The position numbers and the translations under genes were made by a program. Positions 1 through 10,311 of a DNA stretch of 64,000 nt are shown here, piece by piece. Origin of the DNA: Bacteroidales bacterium (lineage in GTDB: Bacteria; Bacteroidota; Bacteroidia; Bacteroidales; Tenuifilaceae); assembly GCA_017454165.1 (NCBI GenBank), contig JAFTDN010000023.1, positions 4,325 to 68,324 on the forward strand, given 5' to 3'. Positions within the stretch are counted from its first letter, which is position 1, and the number at the start of each line of letters is the position of its first letter. The notes under the pieces are model-generated. The model saw only the letters and a program-made list of their open reading frames with translations. It was not told where the DNA came from and made no database searches.

Positions 1-1185
1 GACAGCCTGTACGGCGATGACTTCGACATCGACGACATCATCTGGATGGGCCCCCAGCCCTCGCTCAGCGAGCTGGGTGGACGCGTGGGTGTGCTCAGCA
101 CACATCCGCACCGCGACCTATTCGGGCTCGTGAACCGGTCCATCCAGCAGGGCCGGCGGGTGCACATCCTGCCGCCCTACCGCCCCGACAACATCATGCT
201 GCTGGAGCGCCTGTTGGGCATCAACCAGCTGATGGTGAAGAGCTACGCATCGCTCGACCTGGTGAGGGCCGTGGTGGCCCTGCGCTCCATAAAGGAGGAC
301 TGCGAGATTGAGGAGCTGGAGCGGGCCGCCACCGTGGGCTACCGTATGCACGTGGCAGCCATGCGCATGGCCAAGCCCGGGGCCACCGAGCAGGAGCTGG
401 CCGGCCACCTTGAGGGCCTCGCCATAGCCCACGGCTACATGCCCTCGTTCCCCATCATCCTATCGCAGAACGGCGAAACGCTCCACAACCACGACCACTC
501 GCAGGTGCTCACCGAGGGCCGCCTGCTGCTAGTGGACGCCGGTGCCGAAAATGGTATGCACTACGCCTCCGACAACACGCGTACCATGCCCGTGGGCGGC
601 AAGTTCAGCTCGCGGCAGAGGGACATCTACAACATAGTGCTGGCGGCCAACAACAAAGCCATAGAGCTGGCCAAGCCCGGAGTGCCCTACCTCGATGTGC
701 ACCGCGCAACATCGGGGAAGGTAATCACCGAGGGACTCAAGGCCCTCGGGCTGATGAAGGGCGATGTGGACGAGGCCGTGGCCAACGGAGCCCACGCCCT
801 ATTCCAGCCCCACGGACTGGGCCACATGATGGGCCTTGACGTGCACGACATGGAGGACTTGGGCGAGAACTACGTGGGCTACGATGATGAGATCACCCGC
901 GTGAATCAGTTCGGCACTGGCTCGCTACGGCTGGGCCGCCGCCTACAAAAGGGCTTCGTGCTCACCGATGAGCCAGGCATCTACTTCATCCCAGCGCTCA
1001 TCGAGAAATGGAAGGCCGAGCGCATCAACGAGGCGTTCATCTGCTACGACAAGCTGCAGGACTACTACAACTTCGGGGGCATACGGCTCGAGGATGACCT
1101 GCTGATTACGGACACCGGCTGCCGCATCATAGGCAAGCGCATCCCCATCACAGTGGACGAGGTGGAGGCCACCATGTCCCAGTAG
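1..1185 (+). CDS. Xaa-Pro aminopeptidase, M24B family (5' end cut by window edge)
   Basis: Frame 1 is open from nt 1 (DSLYGDDFDIDDIIWMGPQP...), so the Met at 46 is probably internal. The translation has the M24 pita-bread metal-ligand context: VDAGAE, HGLGHMMGLDVHD, TDEPGIY, GGIRLEDD. Confidence 0.85.
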   Translation, partial: DSLYGDDFDIDDIIWMGPQPSLSELGGRVGVLSTHPHRDLFGLVNRSIQQGRRVHILPPYRPDNIMLLERLLGINQLMVKSYASLDLVRAVVALRSIKEDCEIEELERAATVGYRMHVAAMRMAKPGATEQELAGHLEGLAIAHGYMPSFPIILSQNGETLHNHDHSQVLTEGRLLLVDAGAENGMHYASDNTRTMPVGGKFSSRQRDIYNIVLAANNKAIELAKPGVPYLDVHRATSGKVITEGLKALGLMKGDVDEAVANGAHALFQPHGLGHMMGLDVHDMEDLGENYVGYDDEITRVNQFGTGSLRLGRRLQKGFVLTDEPGIYFIPALIEKWKAERINEAFICYDKLQDYYNFGGIRLEDDLLITDTGCRIIGKRIPITVDEVEATMSQ

Positions 1186-1244
1186 CCCCCTAGGGTCATC
1201 GACACGAGCGGGCGCACGGCAACGGTGCGCCCGCATTTTTTCGC

Positions 1245-1252
1245 TATCTTTG
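1245..1252 (+). promoter_or_regulatory. Bacteroidota -7 promoter box TATCTTTG (TAnnTTTG), 5 nt upstream of the MATE ATG
   Basis: Exact match to the TAnnTTTG consensus. The next ATG is at 1258, which implies a near-leaderless transcript. Confidence 0.5.
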
Positions 1253-1257
1253 CGCCC

Positions 1258-2577
1258 ATGTCGCAGGAGCGTTTAGGCAGGGCTATAGCTAAGCTGGCCG
1301 TACCCAACATAGTGAGCAACATCACTGTACCGCTGCTGGGCCTAGTGGACATGGCCCTGATGGGCCACATGGATACCGCCGCGTATATAGGGGCCATAGG
1401 GCTGGGCGCCACCATATTCAGCGTGCTGTACTCCGTTTTCAGCTTCATGCGGGCGGGCACCACGGGCTTCACCGCACAGGCCTATGGCGCGGGCAACCAC
1501 ACAGAGGTGAGCTACGCTTTCTACCGGGCCTTGGGCATAGCCCTATTAGCGGCAACGCTAGTGCTATCGCTACGCGAACCCATAGAGCGGGTGAGCCTGA
1601 TGCTGCTCAACGGCAGCCCCGAGGTGCTGGGGCTCACCGCTAGCTACTACCGCATCAGGATATGGGCCGCACCGGCGGTGCTATGCCTCTACGCCTTTAA
1701 TGGCTGGTACATCGGTATGCAGAACACAGTAATCCCCATGGCCATAGCCATACTGATTAACGTGGTGAATATCGGGCTAAGCGTACTATTCGTGGGCCAG
1801 ATGCAGATGGGCATCGAGGGCGTGGCCCTGGGTACGGTGCTGGCGCAATACGCGGGGATGGTGCTGGCCATCGGATTCATGCTCACCAAGTACCGGGTTA
1901 GGCTCATAGCCATTGATTGGGGACAGCTGCTACAGCCCGATGTGCTGCGGCGCTTCTTCAGGGTGAACGCCGATTTCATGGTGCGCAGCATCCTGCTCAT
2001 CCTCAGCATCGCATTCTTCACCAACCAGTCGGCCCGCCTTGGTGACAACATTCTGGCCGTAAACATGATACTGATGCAGCTCTTCTACATCTTCTCGTAC
2101 TTCACCGATGGTTTCGCCTACGCAGGTGAGGCGCTGGTGGGCCGCTTTAAGGGCGCGGGGCAGCAGGCCGAGCTACGCCGCACGGTGCGCTTGCTGCTGC
2201 TATGGGGGGCTGGGCTATGCGTTCCGTTTACGGTGCTCTATGCGCTATTCCCGAGTGCATTTATTGGGCTAATATCGAATCAGCCCGATGTGGCCATACA
2301 GGCAAAGCCCTTTTTGGCCTACATGGCGCTTATACCACCCATCACCTTTGCGGCCTTTCTATGGGATGGTATCTACATAGGGGCCACCGCCTCACGTGCC
2401 ATACGTAATACCATGCTTATAGCCTCGCTGCTGGTATTCCTGCCCGCCTGGCGCATTCTGATGCCCATTTTGGGCAACCACGGGCTGTGGGTGGCCTTCT
2501 TGCTATTCATGGCGGCCCGTGGAATTTGCATGACGCTTATGGCCCCTAGGGCCATATTCGGCAGCAACAGACGGTAG
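1258..2577 (+). CDS. MATE family efflux transporter (DinF-like)
   Basis: Multi-TM hydrophobic protein. The N-terminus LGRAIAKLAVPNIVSNITVPLLGLVDMALMGH is typical of MATE/DinF. ATG 1258 is preferred over the GTG at 1225 because of the promoter box at 1245. Confidence 0.85.
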   Translation: MSQERLGRAIAKLAVPNIVSNITVPLLGLVDMALMGHMDTAAYIGAIGLGATIFSVLYSVFSFMRAGTTGFTAQAYGAGNHTEVSYAFYRALGIALLAATLVLSLREPIERVSLMLLNGSPEVLGLTASYYRIRIWAAPAVLCLYAFNGWYIGMQNTVIPMAIAILINVVNIGLSVLFVGQMQMGIEGVALGTVLAQYAGMVLAIGFMLTKYRVRLIAIDWGQLLQPDVLRRFFRVNADFMVRSILLILSIAFFTNQSARLGDNILAVNMILMQLFYIFSYFTDGFAYAGEALVGRFKGAGQQAELRRTVRLLLLWGAGLCVPFTVLYALFPSAFIGLISNQPDVAIQAKPFLAYMALIPPITFAAFLWDGIYIGATASRAIRNTMLIASLLVFLPAWRILMPILGNHGLWVAFLLFMAARGICMTLMAPRAIFGSNRR

Positions 2578-2591
2578 ATTGGCTGCGCCAG

Positions 2592-4745
2592 CTACACGCG
2601 GAAGCCCATCAGGGTGATGTCGTCCACCTGCTTGCGTCCACCGCTCCATTGCAGCACATCGGTATGCAGCCGTTCGAGCTGCTGCGGCATGGGCTCCCCG
2701 CGCATCTGTTCGAGGTTGCTCTTGATGCGGTTGTAAGAATATTTCTGATCATCGGAGTTGAACAAATCTTTCAGCCCATCGCTCATCATGTAGAACGTGT
2801 CGCCAGGCTGCAGCTGCAACGTTTGGTTGGTGAAGGGCTTCATGTTGTGGTGGTACGATATGGGCTGCCTGTCGCCTTTTATGGTGTAGGGCTCTCCCTG
2901 ATTGGGTACAACGAGCAGGGGGTTGTAGGCCGAGGCGAACTGCAGCTCGTGGGTGCTGGTGTTGAGCTTGCACATGGTGAGGTCCATGCCATCGCGCTGC
3001 TCGCCAGCGGTGCCTGTCTGATCTAGCGAGCCGATAATCATCTGGCGCATGAGGTCGAGCATCTGCGCTGGGGTGCTGCCGATATGGGAGATGCTGAGCT
3101 CGCGCAGGTACGACAGGCCGAGCATGCTCATGCATGCACCGGGCACACCATGGCCCGTGCAGTCGGCCACGGCCAGCAGGAGCGTGCTGCCATGCCGTGA
3201 GTACCAGTAGAAGTCGCCCGACACGATGTCGCGTGGCAGGTACAGCACGAACATGGGTAGGTCATCGGGGAGATTGGGCAGCACGGCGTTCTGCAATCTT
3301 TTGGCGTAGTTCACGGAGTTCATGATCTCCATGCGTTGCTTGCTGGCGAAGTCGCGCTGGGCCTCCACCTCCTCTTTTTGCAGCGTAATCAGATCCTTCT
3401 GTTCTTTGATTACATCGCGCTGCCTGCTCACGGTGCGCATCCGCTGGTAGATGAGCAGCAGCATTACGAGGAGCAATATGGAGCCCACCAGCACGATGAT
3501 GAGCGTGGTCTCGCGCTGCTTCATGAGCTTGGCGGCATTCTCCTTGTCGCGCTCCAGCAACTGGTTGTGCTCCGATATGTACTTGTTCTCCACCTTCAGC
3601 GTACTCTCCATTATCTCATTCATGCGCATAGAGTCTGTGAATCGTTGGTTGAGAACCATGTATTCAAAGGCTTCCTTATAGTTGTTTTGCCTCGCCGCCG
3701 CATTGGCAATGGCAATGGAAGCATCTAATTTAGCAGCAATAGATTTTACTTCATTGGCGGCTCTCATTGATTCCAAAGCGTTTTGCTTGGCCAGCTCGTA
3801 GTACTTGCTTTTTTGCGGCTCACGCGATCTGTCGCCCATTTTTATGTATGTATTGGCCACCGAACTCGAGTTAGCAGAGTATTGCACCATGTTGCCCACC
3901 TGCTTTGAGTACATCTGCGCACGCAGTCTATGGGATAGTGATTTATCCATCAGAGAGTCCTGCTCGTAAAGGTCAGCGAGGTTGCTCATACACGATGATA
4001 GGCTACGGCGGTCGTTGAGCTTTTCATAGATTGGTATGGCCATCTGTATGTAATGACGTGCGCTGTCGGGATGACTTTTTATGTATATCGAAGCTATGTT
4101 CGCATAGCAATTGGCCATCGATCGATTATCGTCTATTTCGCGGGCTACAGCCAATGATTGACGTAGATAGCCCAACGCCTTTTTAACATCGTGAAATGCA
4201 TCATCGCGGGTATAGAATACACCTAGATTGTTGCAGAAGCTGGCAATGGCCTGCTTATAGTTTGCCTTTTTGGCTATGGCAAGACCGCTTAGGTAGTATT
4301 CAAGCACTTTTTCGTATTCGCCAAAGTTATTGTAGATGACGGCCATATTGTTAGTGTTTTTCACTATATTTATTGTATCGTGTAGACGATGTGCCATGTC
4401 TACAGCGCGGGTGTAGTGCAGCACTGCCGAGTCGAGATTGCTCTTTATGGTATATACCACGCCCATTCTCGATTCAAATACAAGCTCTATACGCTGAATG
4501 GAATCGCTGGAAAGTGATTTCTTTATTTCCCTTGATTTTATTAAATCAGACACCTCTATAAGGTATCTATATGAGCTATCAGGCTGCGTAAACAGGTAAT
4601 CTTCTACTTTGTCCATGCAAATCTTCAGCCTGCTGAGCTGCGCCTGGGCATTAGCCGATGGGCAGCAGAACACAACTGCCATGTTCAACAGCAGGACAAT
4701 GCGGAATAGGCTAGGTTTCTGTAGCATACTAGGTCGGTAGGTCAA
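2592..4745 (-). CDS. TPR-repeat sensor with one TM helix, coiled coil and C-terminal PP2C/SpoIIE phosphatase domain
   Basis: Signal peptide followed by TPR-like repeats (YNNFGEYEKVLEYY, ANCYANIASIY). TM segment TTLIIVLVGSILLLVMLLLIY. C-terminal SpoIIE hallmarks VSGDFYW, VADCTGHGVPGA, DGMDL, SDG..D, DDITLMGFRV. Confidence 0.8.
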   Translation of the reverse strand: MTYRPSMLQKPSLFRIVLLLNMAVVFCCPSANAQAQLSRLKICMDKVEDYLFTQPDSSYRYLIEVSDLIKSREIKKSLSSDSIQRIELVFESRMGVVYTIKSNLDSAVLHYTRAVDMAHRLHDTINIVKNTNNMAVIYNNFGEYEKVLEYYLSGLAIAKKANYKQAIASFCNNLGVFYTRDDAFHDVKKALGYLRQSLAVAREIDDNRSMANCYANIASIYIKSHPDSARHYIQMAIPIYEKLNDRRSLSSCMSNLADLYEQDSLMDKSLSHRLRAQMYSKQVGNMVQYSANSSSVANTYIKMGDRSREPQKSKYYELAKQNALESMRAANEVKSIAAKLDASIAIANAAARQNNYKEAFEYMVLNQRFTDSMRMNEIMESTLKVENKYISEHNQLLERDKENAAKLMKQRETTLIIVLVGSILLLVMLLLIYQRMRTVSRQRDVIKEQKDLITLQKEEVEAQRDFASKQRMEIMNSVNYAKRLQNAVLPNLPDDLPMFVLYLPRDIVSGDFYWYSRHGSTLLLAVADCTGHGVPGACMSMLGLSYLRELSISHIGSTPAQMLDLMRQMIIGSLDQTGTAGEQRDGMDLTMCKLNTSTHELQFASAYNPLLVVPNQGEPYTIKGDRQPISYHHNMKPFTNQTLQLQPGDTFYMMSDGLKDLFNSDDQKYSYNRIKSNLEQMRGEPMPQQLERLHTDVLQWSGGRKQVDDITLMGFRV

Positions 4746-4899
4746 AATTGGTAGGTATGATTTTTACGGAAAAAGCCCTTTTGGGGTTCATGTAGGGCCA
4801 ATAATATTCATAAATTGCAAGTGAATACATACACAACGCACATCTGCACAACTAAAACAGATGAACACCGTAAACTAAAAGCTGCCCAAGAACCAGAAT

Positions 4900-6033
4900 A
4901 TGCACATAGCCCTAAGAATAGGCCTTCACATGGCCATAGCCCTGAGTGCCATGGCAGCAGCGGCACAGCAAACAGCCGATACGGCCACCATTGAGCTAAG
5001 GCTCGATGCAATGGCCTTCTTCGACAACAAAGAGCTCACCAGCAATATAAAGAAGGGCTACACGCTCCCAGGATTCTACCTGGAGCCCATATTGGGCTAC
5101 GGCATTGGCGCGTTCGACCTGCAGGCCGGCATACACACCGCCCACTTTGCAGGGTCCGACACCGCAAAACGCCTAACACCAATACTGCTAATTGGTTACA
5201 CCCCAACGCGATGGTTTAAGGTGCAGCTGGGCTCGCTTTCACGCTCGCAGCGTGGCCTACCCGAACCGCTCTACAAGCCAGAGAGGGTATTCGCCGAAAG
5301 GCCCGCAACAGGGCTTGAATTGGCACTAAATCGTCCACAAGTATCTGGCAACATGTGGATTAACTGGGAACGATACATCGAGCGTGGAAGCCCATTCCAA
5401 GAGGAGTTCATGGTGGGCCTTAGCAGCCAATACAGCCCCAACGGATATTCGAGCACATCGAACCCATTGGGGTTTAGCGCCAACCTATACGCCGTTGTAA
5501 CCCATGCTGGCGGACAAATAGACTCCACCAACCTGCCCGTTACATCGATAGCCAACATAGGGACGATGCTGGCCTATGGCATATCGATAGGCACGGGCAC
5601 CACGTTCGGCGCATCGGTGGCCGCCTACATCTCAGCCGACATATCGCCCAACCCGCACATCGACTACAAGCGCGGACACGCCGCCCACTACACCCTATGG
5701 CTCAAAGCCCTCAACGGACTGACGGCTCAGGCCGGATTTTGGCAGGCGCACAGCTTCATAAATCCACGTGGCGAGGAGCTATTCGGATCGGTTTCAATGG
5801 TTAGCAAAAATTTCAACCAAACGCACCGCCACCTCATCACCGCGCAGGCCACCTACACCCGCAGCCCCATGCATGGATTTGAACTACGCTTCGCTGCTGG
5901 ACTTTATGCCGACCTATGCCAGATAAAAGCCCGCAGCAGCCAGGGTGCAGCCGACTACTTCTACACGCTCACCATACGATTTAACGGCCCGCTGCTCGGC
6001 AAGCGCATGGCTAAAACGCCTCCGCTGCCGTGA
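4900..6033 (+). CDS. hypothetical secreted / outer-membrane beta-barrel-like protein
   Basis: N-terminal signal peptide (AIALSAMAAAAQQ). Alternating aromatic/Gly-rich composition. No family recognised by eye. Confidence 0.4.
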   Translation: MHIALRIGLHMAIALSAMAAAAQQTADTATIELRLDAMAFFDNKELTSNIKKGYTLPGFYLEPILGYGIGAFDLQAGIHTAHFAGSDTAKRLTPILLIGYTPTRWFKVQLGSLSRSQRGLPEPLYKPERVFAERPATGLELALNRPQVSGNMWINWERYIERGSPFQEEFMVGLSSQYSPNGYSSTSNPLGFSANLYAVVTHAGGQIDSTNLPVTSIANIGTMLAYGISIGTGTTFGASVAAYISADISPNPHIDYKRGHAAHYTLWLKALNGLTAQAGFWQAHSFINPRGEELFGSVSMVSKNFNQTHRHLITAQATYTRSPMHGFELRFAAGLYADLCQIKARSSQGAADYFYTLTIRFNGPLLGKRMAKTPPLP

Positions 6034-7087
6034 AGTAGAAACCAAATCGACCCGCAGCATTTATGGCTACATCGGCGCGTAGGTGCACACCAGCATCGTT
6101 GGCCCGCAGGCGCAGACCCGCACCTCCAACCCACTTAAGCACCGATACCTCAAAAAGGCTAGGCGCAACACCACCAGCCGAAACGAACGTCACACCACGC
6201 AGACGCTTATATATGTTGAACCGAAGCTCGGTCTGCAGGCAGAGCATAGCCTGGTCGCGGTACCTGCCGCTGTAGTAGCCACGTAGCACATCGGCACCGC
6301 CCAGCATGGGCAAATCCTGAAACGGCAGCTGCCCCACCACCGCATCGACCAAGAGCTGACCTGCCCACACCACACCACCGCGCTGCATACCCACAAAATA
6401 TCGAGCATCCACGCCTATGCGAGTAGCACCAAATGAGCTGCCCACCAGCCGCCCGTAGCGCATTGCCGACATCTTGACGAACTCCCCGTTAGTGGGCCAA
6501 AACCTGTTATCGCGCCGGTCGAACAGCACCAGCAGACCCAGCCCCACGCTCCTGCACCCTGGCTGCATGTTCGCCAGCGAATCCACCAGCCCGCCATCCA
6601 CCACCTGCGCATAGCCAAACGCAGCGCCCCGCGCCTGTATACCTACCATAAGACCATCGGCCAGCACCCGCTGCTGCCACTCCACATGTGCCAGCACCGA
6701 CCGCAGCGTGTAGCCCTCGGCCACATCGGACGACCTTGGCCCCAAACCGAACACCCTGTCGGGATAGTGGCTCACCACAAAGCGCCCCGACAGCAGGCCG
6801 CTACCCCCACGCACGTACACACGTGGGCTAACGGCCACCCGCGCCTGCCGGCGCAGCGTACCCACAGCCATGCCCATCACACTCGATGTGGGGCCGCTGG
6901 GCGAACCGAAATAATAGCCACCCGATGCTCCAAACCCCCAGCTGGTCTCCTGTCCATAGAAAACCACAGGAACGCCCAACAGCGAACGGCCCACAGAATC
7001 AACCCCCTCGCCACGAGCGGCACAAAAACCAGTCAGCATCAAAAGCACCGTGCAACCGAACCTACCCATACCACAAATGTACAACAA
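6011..7087 (-). CDS. Omp85/BamA-family (bacterial surface antigen D15) outer-membrane protein
   Basis: Signal peptide. C-terminal barrel motifs typical of the family (GGADVLRGYYSGRYRDQAML, FVSAGGV, GGAGLRL, terminal aromatic F). The 3' end overlaps the convergent gene by 23 nt. Confidence 0.6.
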   Translation of the reverse strand: MLYICGMGRFGCTVLLMLTGFCAARGEGVDSVGRSLLGVPVVFYGQETSWGFGASGGYYFGSPSGPTSSVMGMAVGTLRRQARVAVSPRVYVRGGSGLLSGRFVVSHYPDRVFGLGPRSSDVAEGYTLRSVLAHVEWQQRVLADGLMVGIQARGAAFGYAQVVDGGLVDSLANMQPGCRSVGLGLLVLFDRRDNRFWPTNGEFVKMSAMRYGRLVGSSFGATRIGVDARYFVGMQRGGVVWAGQLLVDAVVGQLPFQDLPMLGGADVLRGYYSGRYRDQAMLCLQTELRFNIYKRLRGVTFVSAGGVAPSLFEVSVLKWVGGAGLRLRANDAGVHLRADVAINAAGRFGFYFTAAEAF

Positions 7088-7543
7088 AATTCAGCAAAAA
7101 ACGTACACACAACCAACACATTGCATAAAAGAACCCTACCGCATCCGACATCTTGAAAACTCGACCAGTATATGTTCACCACCTGTTGAAAACTAGTTCG
7201 CACAAATCCTGTAAATAGATTTGGAACCGATGGCCATCGATGCTATTACAAAAATTTTTGAGCAAACAGTGTTCATACCAACAATTTTTACCATCAAATT
7301 CTCCATACGTTACCAACACCCACAGCCACCAACGCGCACAAAAACTTATCAACATCACGCCGCACCAACACCTGTTAGTAATAACGTAAATACCTATAAA
7401 TCAATATGAATTCAAAAAAAATGTGTTTATAATTTGTTATTCCAATTTTAATAAGCATTTTTGCAAGCCGATTGAGAATAAGTTATCAACCCAGCTAACA
7501 CCCCATCATCATCATCAACATATTGCTCTTTTAAAAGAATAAG

Positions 7544-8527
7544 ATGAATATGAATAGCACAGTTGAAACACTCGGATACGTTGATGCCGAGATTCCAGAA
7601 ACGCTCAACCTAGCTGTTGAGATAGCGCGACTGAAGGAGCAGAAGCAAGCCGTAATCATGGCCCATTACTACCAGCCCGCCGAGGTGCAGGCCATCGCCG
7701 ACTTTGTGGGCGACAGCCTTGCCCTCTCGCAGCAAGCCGCCCGCCTCGATAGACCCATAATTCTCTTTGCTGGTGTGCGTTTCATGGCCGAAACGGCCAA
7801 GATACTGGCCCCGAGCAGCAAGGTGCTGCTGCCCGACCTCAATGCTGGATGCAGCCTGGCCGACTCCTGCGGCTACGATGCTTTTAAGCAGTTTGTAAGT
7901 CAACATCCTGATCACAAGGTAGTTACTTATGTAAACACCACAGCCGAGATCAAGAGCCTCTCCTACATCTGCTGCACATCGAGCAATGCCGTGCAGGTGG
8001 TGGACAGCATACCGGCCCACGAACCCGTGATATTCGCCCCAGACCGAAACTTGGGTAGCTACATCAAACGTCTGACCAACAGGCAGAACATGCTCGTATG
8101 GGATGGCGCATGCCACGTGCACGATCAGTTTTCGGTGCAGCGCATCTTGGAGCTCAAGCAGCAGCATCCCCAGGCCAAAATCATCGCCCATCCGGAGTGC
8201 AAGCAGCCCGTGCTGTTGCTGGCCGACTTTGTCGGCTCAACGGCTCAGCTCTTGGCTTACACCCAGCAGCAGCAAGCCACCGATTTTATTGTGGCCACCG
8301 AGGCGGGCATCCTCACCGAGATGATGAGGGCCAACCCCAGCAAGAACTACATCCCAGCCCCGCCCGATGACTCCACCTGCGCCTGCAACGAGTGCTCGTA
8401 TATGAAGCTCACCACGCTCAAGAAGATGTACCTCAGCCTGAAATACGAGCTGCCAGAGGTGGAGGTAGAGCCCGATCTGGCCCGGTTGGCCCGAGTGCCC
8501 ATAGAGCGCATGTTGAGCGTAGTGTAA
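7544..8527 (+). CDS. nadA: quinolinate synthase
   Basis: Full-length match to the NadA pattern ([65 protein letters not shown]). Confidence 0.9.
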   Translation: MNMNSTVETLGYVDAEIPETLNLAVEIARLKEQKQAVIMAHYYQPAEVQAIADFVGDSLALSQQAARLDRPIILFAGVRFMAETAKILAPSSKVLLPDLNAGCSLADSCGYDAFKQFVSQHPDHKVVTYVNTTAEIKSLSYICCTSSNAVQVVDSIPAHEPVIFAPDRNLGSYIKRLTNRQNMLVWDGACHVHDQFSVQRILELKQQHPQAKIIAHPECKQPVLLLADFVGSTAQLLAYTQQQQATDFIVATEAGILTEMMRANPSKNYIPAPPDDSTCACNECSYMKLTTLKKMYLSLKYELPEVEVEPDLARLARVPIERMLSVV

Positions 8528-8540
8528 TATAGCCCTGCAT

Positions 8541-9557
8541 ATGTCCGACGTTCTAAGAAATGCCTCGCCCCTCGATCGCGATTTTGAGGGAACTATACGC
8601 CCTGTGGAGTTCAGCGAGTTTCAGGGGCAAGACGATATTATCCAGAACCTGACCATTTTCGTGAAGGCGGCCAAGCAGCGTGGAGAACCGCTCGACCACG
8701 TGCTCCTCCACGGCCCCCCTGGCCTTGGCAAGACCACGTTGGCCAATATCGTGGCCCGCGAGCTGGGCGTGGGCATGAAGACCACATCGGGGCCAGTGCT
8801 CGAGAAGCCAGGCGACTTGGCAGGTCTGCTCACCAACCTAGAGCCCCACGATGTGCTGTTTATCGATGAGATTCACCGCCTCAACCCCATCGTCGAGGAG
8901 TACCTCTACTCGGCCATGGAGGATTTCAAAATCGACATCATAATCGATAAGGGGCCCAGCGCCCGTAGCATCCAAATCGACCTCAATCCGTTCACGCTCG
9001 TGGGGGCCACAACGCGTAGCGGGTTGCTGACCAGCCCGCTGCGGGCTCGTTTTGGCATAAAGTTCCACCTAGAGTACTACGAAGTGGACACCCTGTTGGG
9101 CATCATCATGAGGTCGGCCTCCATAATAGGAGTGGCCATCGAGGCCGAGGCCGCCAGGGAGATTGCTATGCGCAGCCGGGGTACTCCGCGTATTGCCAAC
9201 GCCCTGCTGCGGCGCATCCGCGACTATGCCCAGGTTATAGGCAATGGCATGGTCGATTGCTCCATCGCCCGCCATGGCCTCGACGCGTTGAAGATAGATT
9301 CGCGTGGCCTTGATGAGATGGACAACAAAATCTTGCATACGATTATAGACAAGTTCAATGGGGGACCTGTGGGCATCAACACCATATCTACCGCCGTGGG
9401 TGAGGATGCCGGTACGATTGAGGAGGTTTACGAGCCTTTCCTGATTAAGGAGGGCTTCCTGAAGAGGACTCCACGGGGGAGGGAGGTGACCGATTTGGCC
9501 TACAGGCATCTTAACGTTAGCGACAGGCGGATGCCAAGTCTTGATTTGTTCTCTTGA
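8541..9557 (+). CDS. ruvB: Holliday junction branch migration helicase RuvB
   Basis: LRP..F.EF.GQ, Walker [12 protein letters not shown], Walker [10 protein letters not shown], sensor [26 protein letters not shown]. Confidence 0.95.
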   Translation: MSDVLRNASPLDRDFEGTIRPVEFSEFQGQDDIIQNLTIFVKAAKQRGEPLDHVLLHGPPGLGKTTLANIVARELGVGMKTTSGPVLEKPGDLAGLLTNLEPHDVLFIDEIHRLNPIVEEYLYSAMEDFKIDIIIDKGPSARSIQIDLNPFTLVGATTRSGLLTSPLRARFGIKFHLEYYEVDTLLGIIMRSASIIGVAIEAEAAREIAMRSRGTPRIANALLRRIRDYAQVIGNGMVDCSIARHGLDALKIDSRGLDEMDNKILHTIIDKFNGGPVGINTISTAVGEDAGTIEEVYEPFLIKEGFLKRTPRGREVTDLAYRHLNVSDRRMPSLDLFS

Positions 9558-9582
9558 GCGATGATGTGGCCTGGCTGGGTGC

Positions 9583-10269
9583 TCATATCGATTCTGATAT
9601 GAGCTTTATGCGTTTGTAGTCGTTTATTTTTATCTTCCTGTTCTCTAGCGTTATATAATTTTTGCTATTGAAGTCCCTTAGTATTCTTATTACTGATTCT
9701 GTAGCGGTTCCGATTATGTTTGATATGTCGTCTCTGGTGAGGTTGATGTTGATGAATCCCTCTTTGTTCGTCCCAAACGTATCGTGGAGCATTAGCAGTA
9801 TCTCGGCCACGCGCTCCTTCACCGTTTTTTGTGCTATGTCGGTGATTAGGGAATTGGCGCGGTCGAGCTCTTTGCAGGTTTGCTGTATGAGCAGGAGCGC
9901 AAAGTCGGGGTTGTGCTTTACTAGGTGAAATATTATTTCTGATGGTATGAAGCTTACGTTCGATTCTTCTAATGCCTCCACTGTGGTGCAGGCTGGTTCG
10001 TTGCTGAGCACTGAGCGGTAGCCCTGTATATCGCCAGGTACTGTAAATGCTATTATCTGCGGTTTTTGATCAACACCAGTTTTATAAATTTTAAATTTAC
10101 CCTTTGTAACTTGGTAAATTCCAAGTATTTTGCTGCCCTCTTTGTATACAATTTCTCTTTTTCTGTATGTAAGGTGCACCTGGTTGTCTTTGACAAGCTG
10201 CTGCTCCTCTTCTGTTAGGGCTTTGAATACGTCTAGCACCGAGTATGGTTTTCCTACTGTGTTGGGCAT
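9583..10269 (-). CDS. Crp/Fnr family transcriptional regulator
   Basis: N-terminal cNMP-binding beta-roll followed by a C-terminal HTH (LTRDDISNIIGTATESVIRILRDF). The gene has lower GC than its neighbours. Confidence 0.85.
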   Translation of the reverse strand: MPNTVGKPYSVLDVFKALTEEEQQLVKDNQVHLTYRKREIVYKEGSKILGIYQVTKGKFKIYKTGVDQKPQIIAFTVPGDIQGYRSVLSNEPACTTVEALEESNVSFIPSEIIFHLVKHNPDFALLLIQQTCKELDRANSLITDIAQKTVKERVAEILLMLHDTFGTNKEGFININLTRDDISNIIGTATESVIRILRDFNSKNYITLENRKIKINDYKRIKLISESI

Positions 10270-10311
10270 GGTAAATGTGAATAGGTGAATGTTGTGTGCT
10301 GGGGTTGTGTC

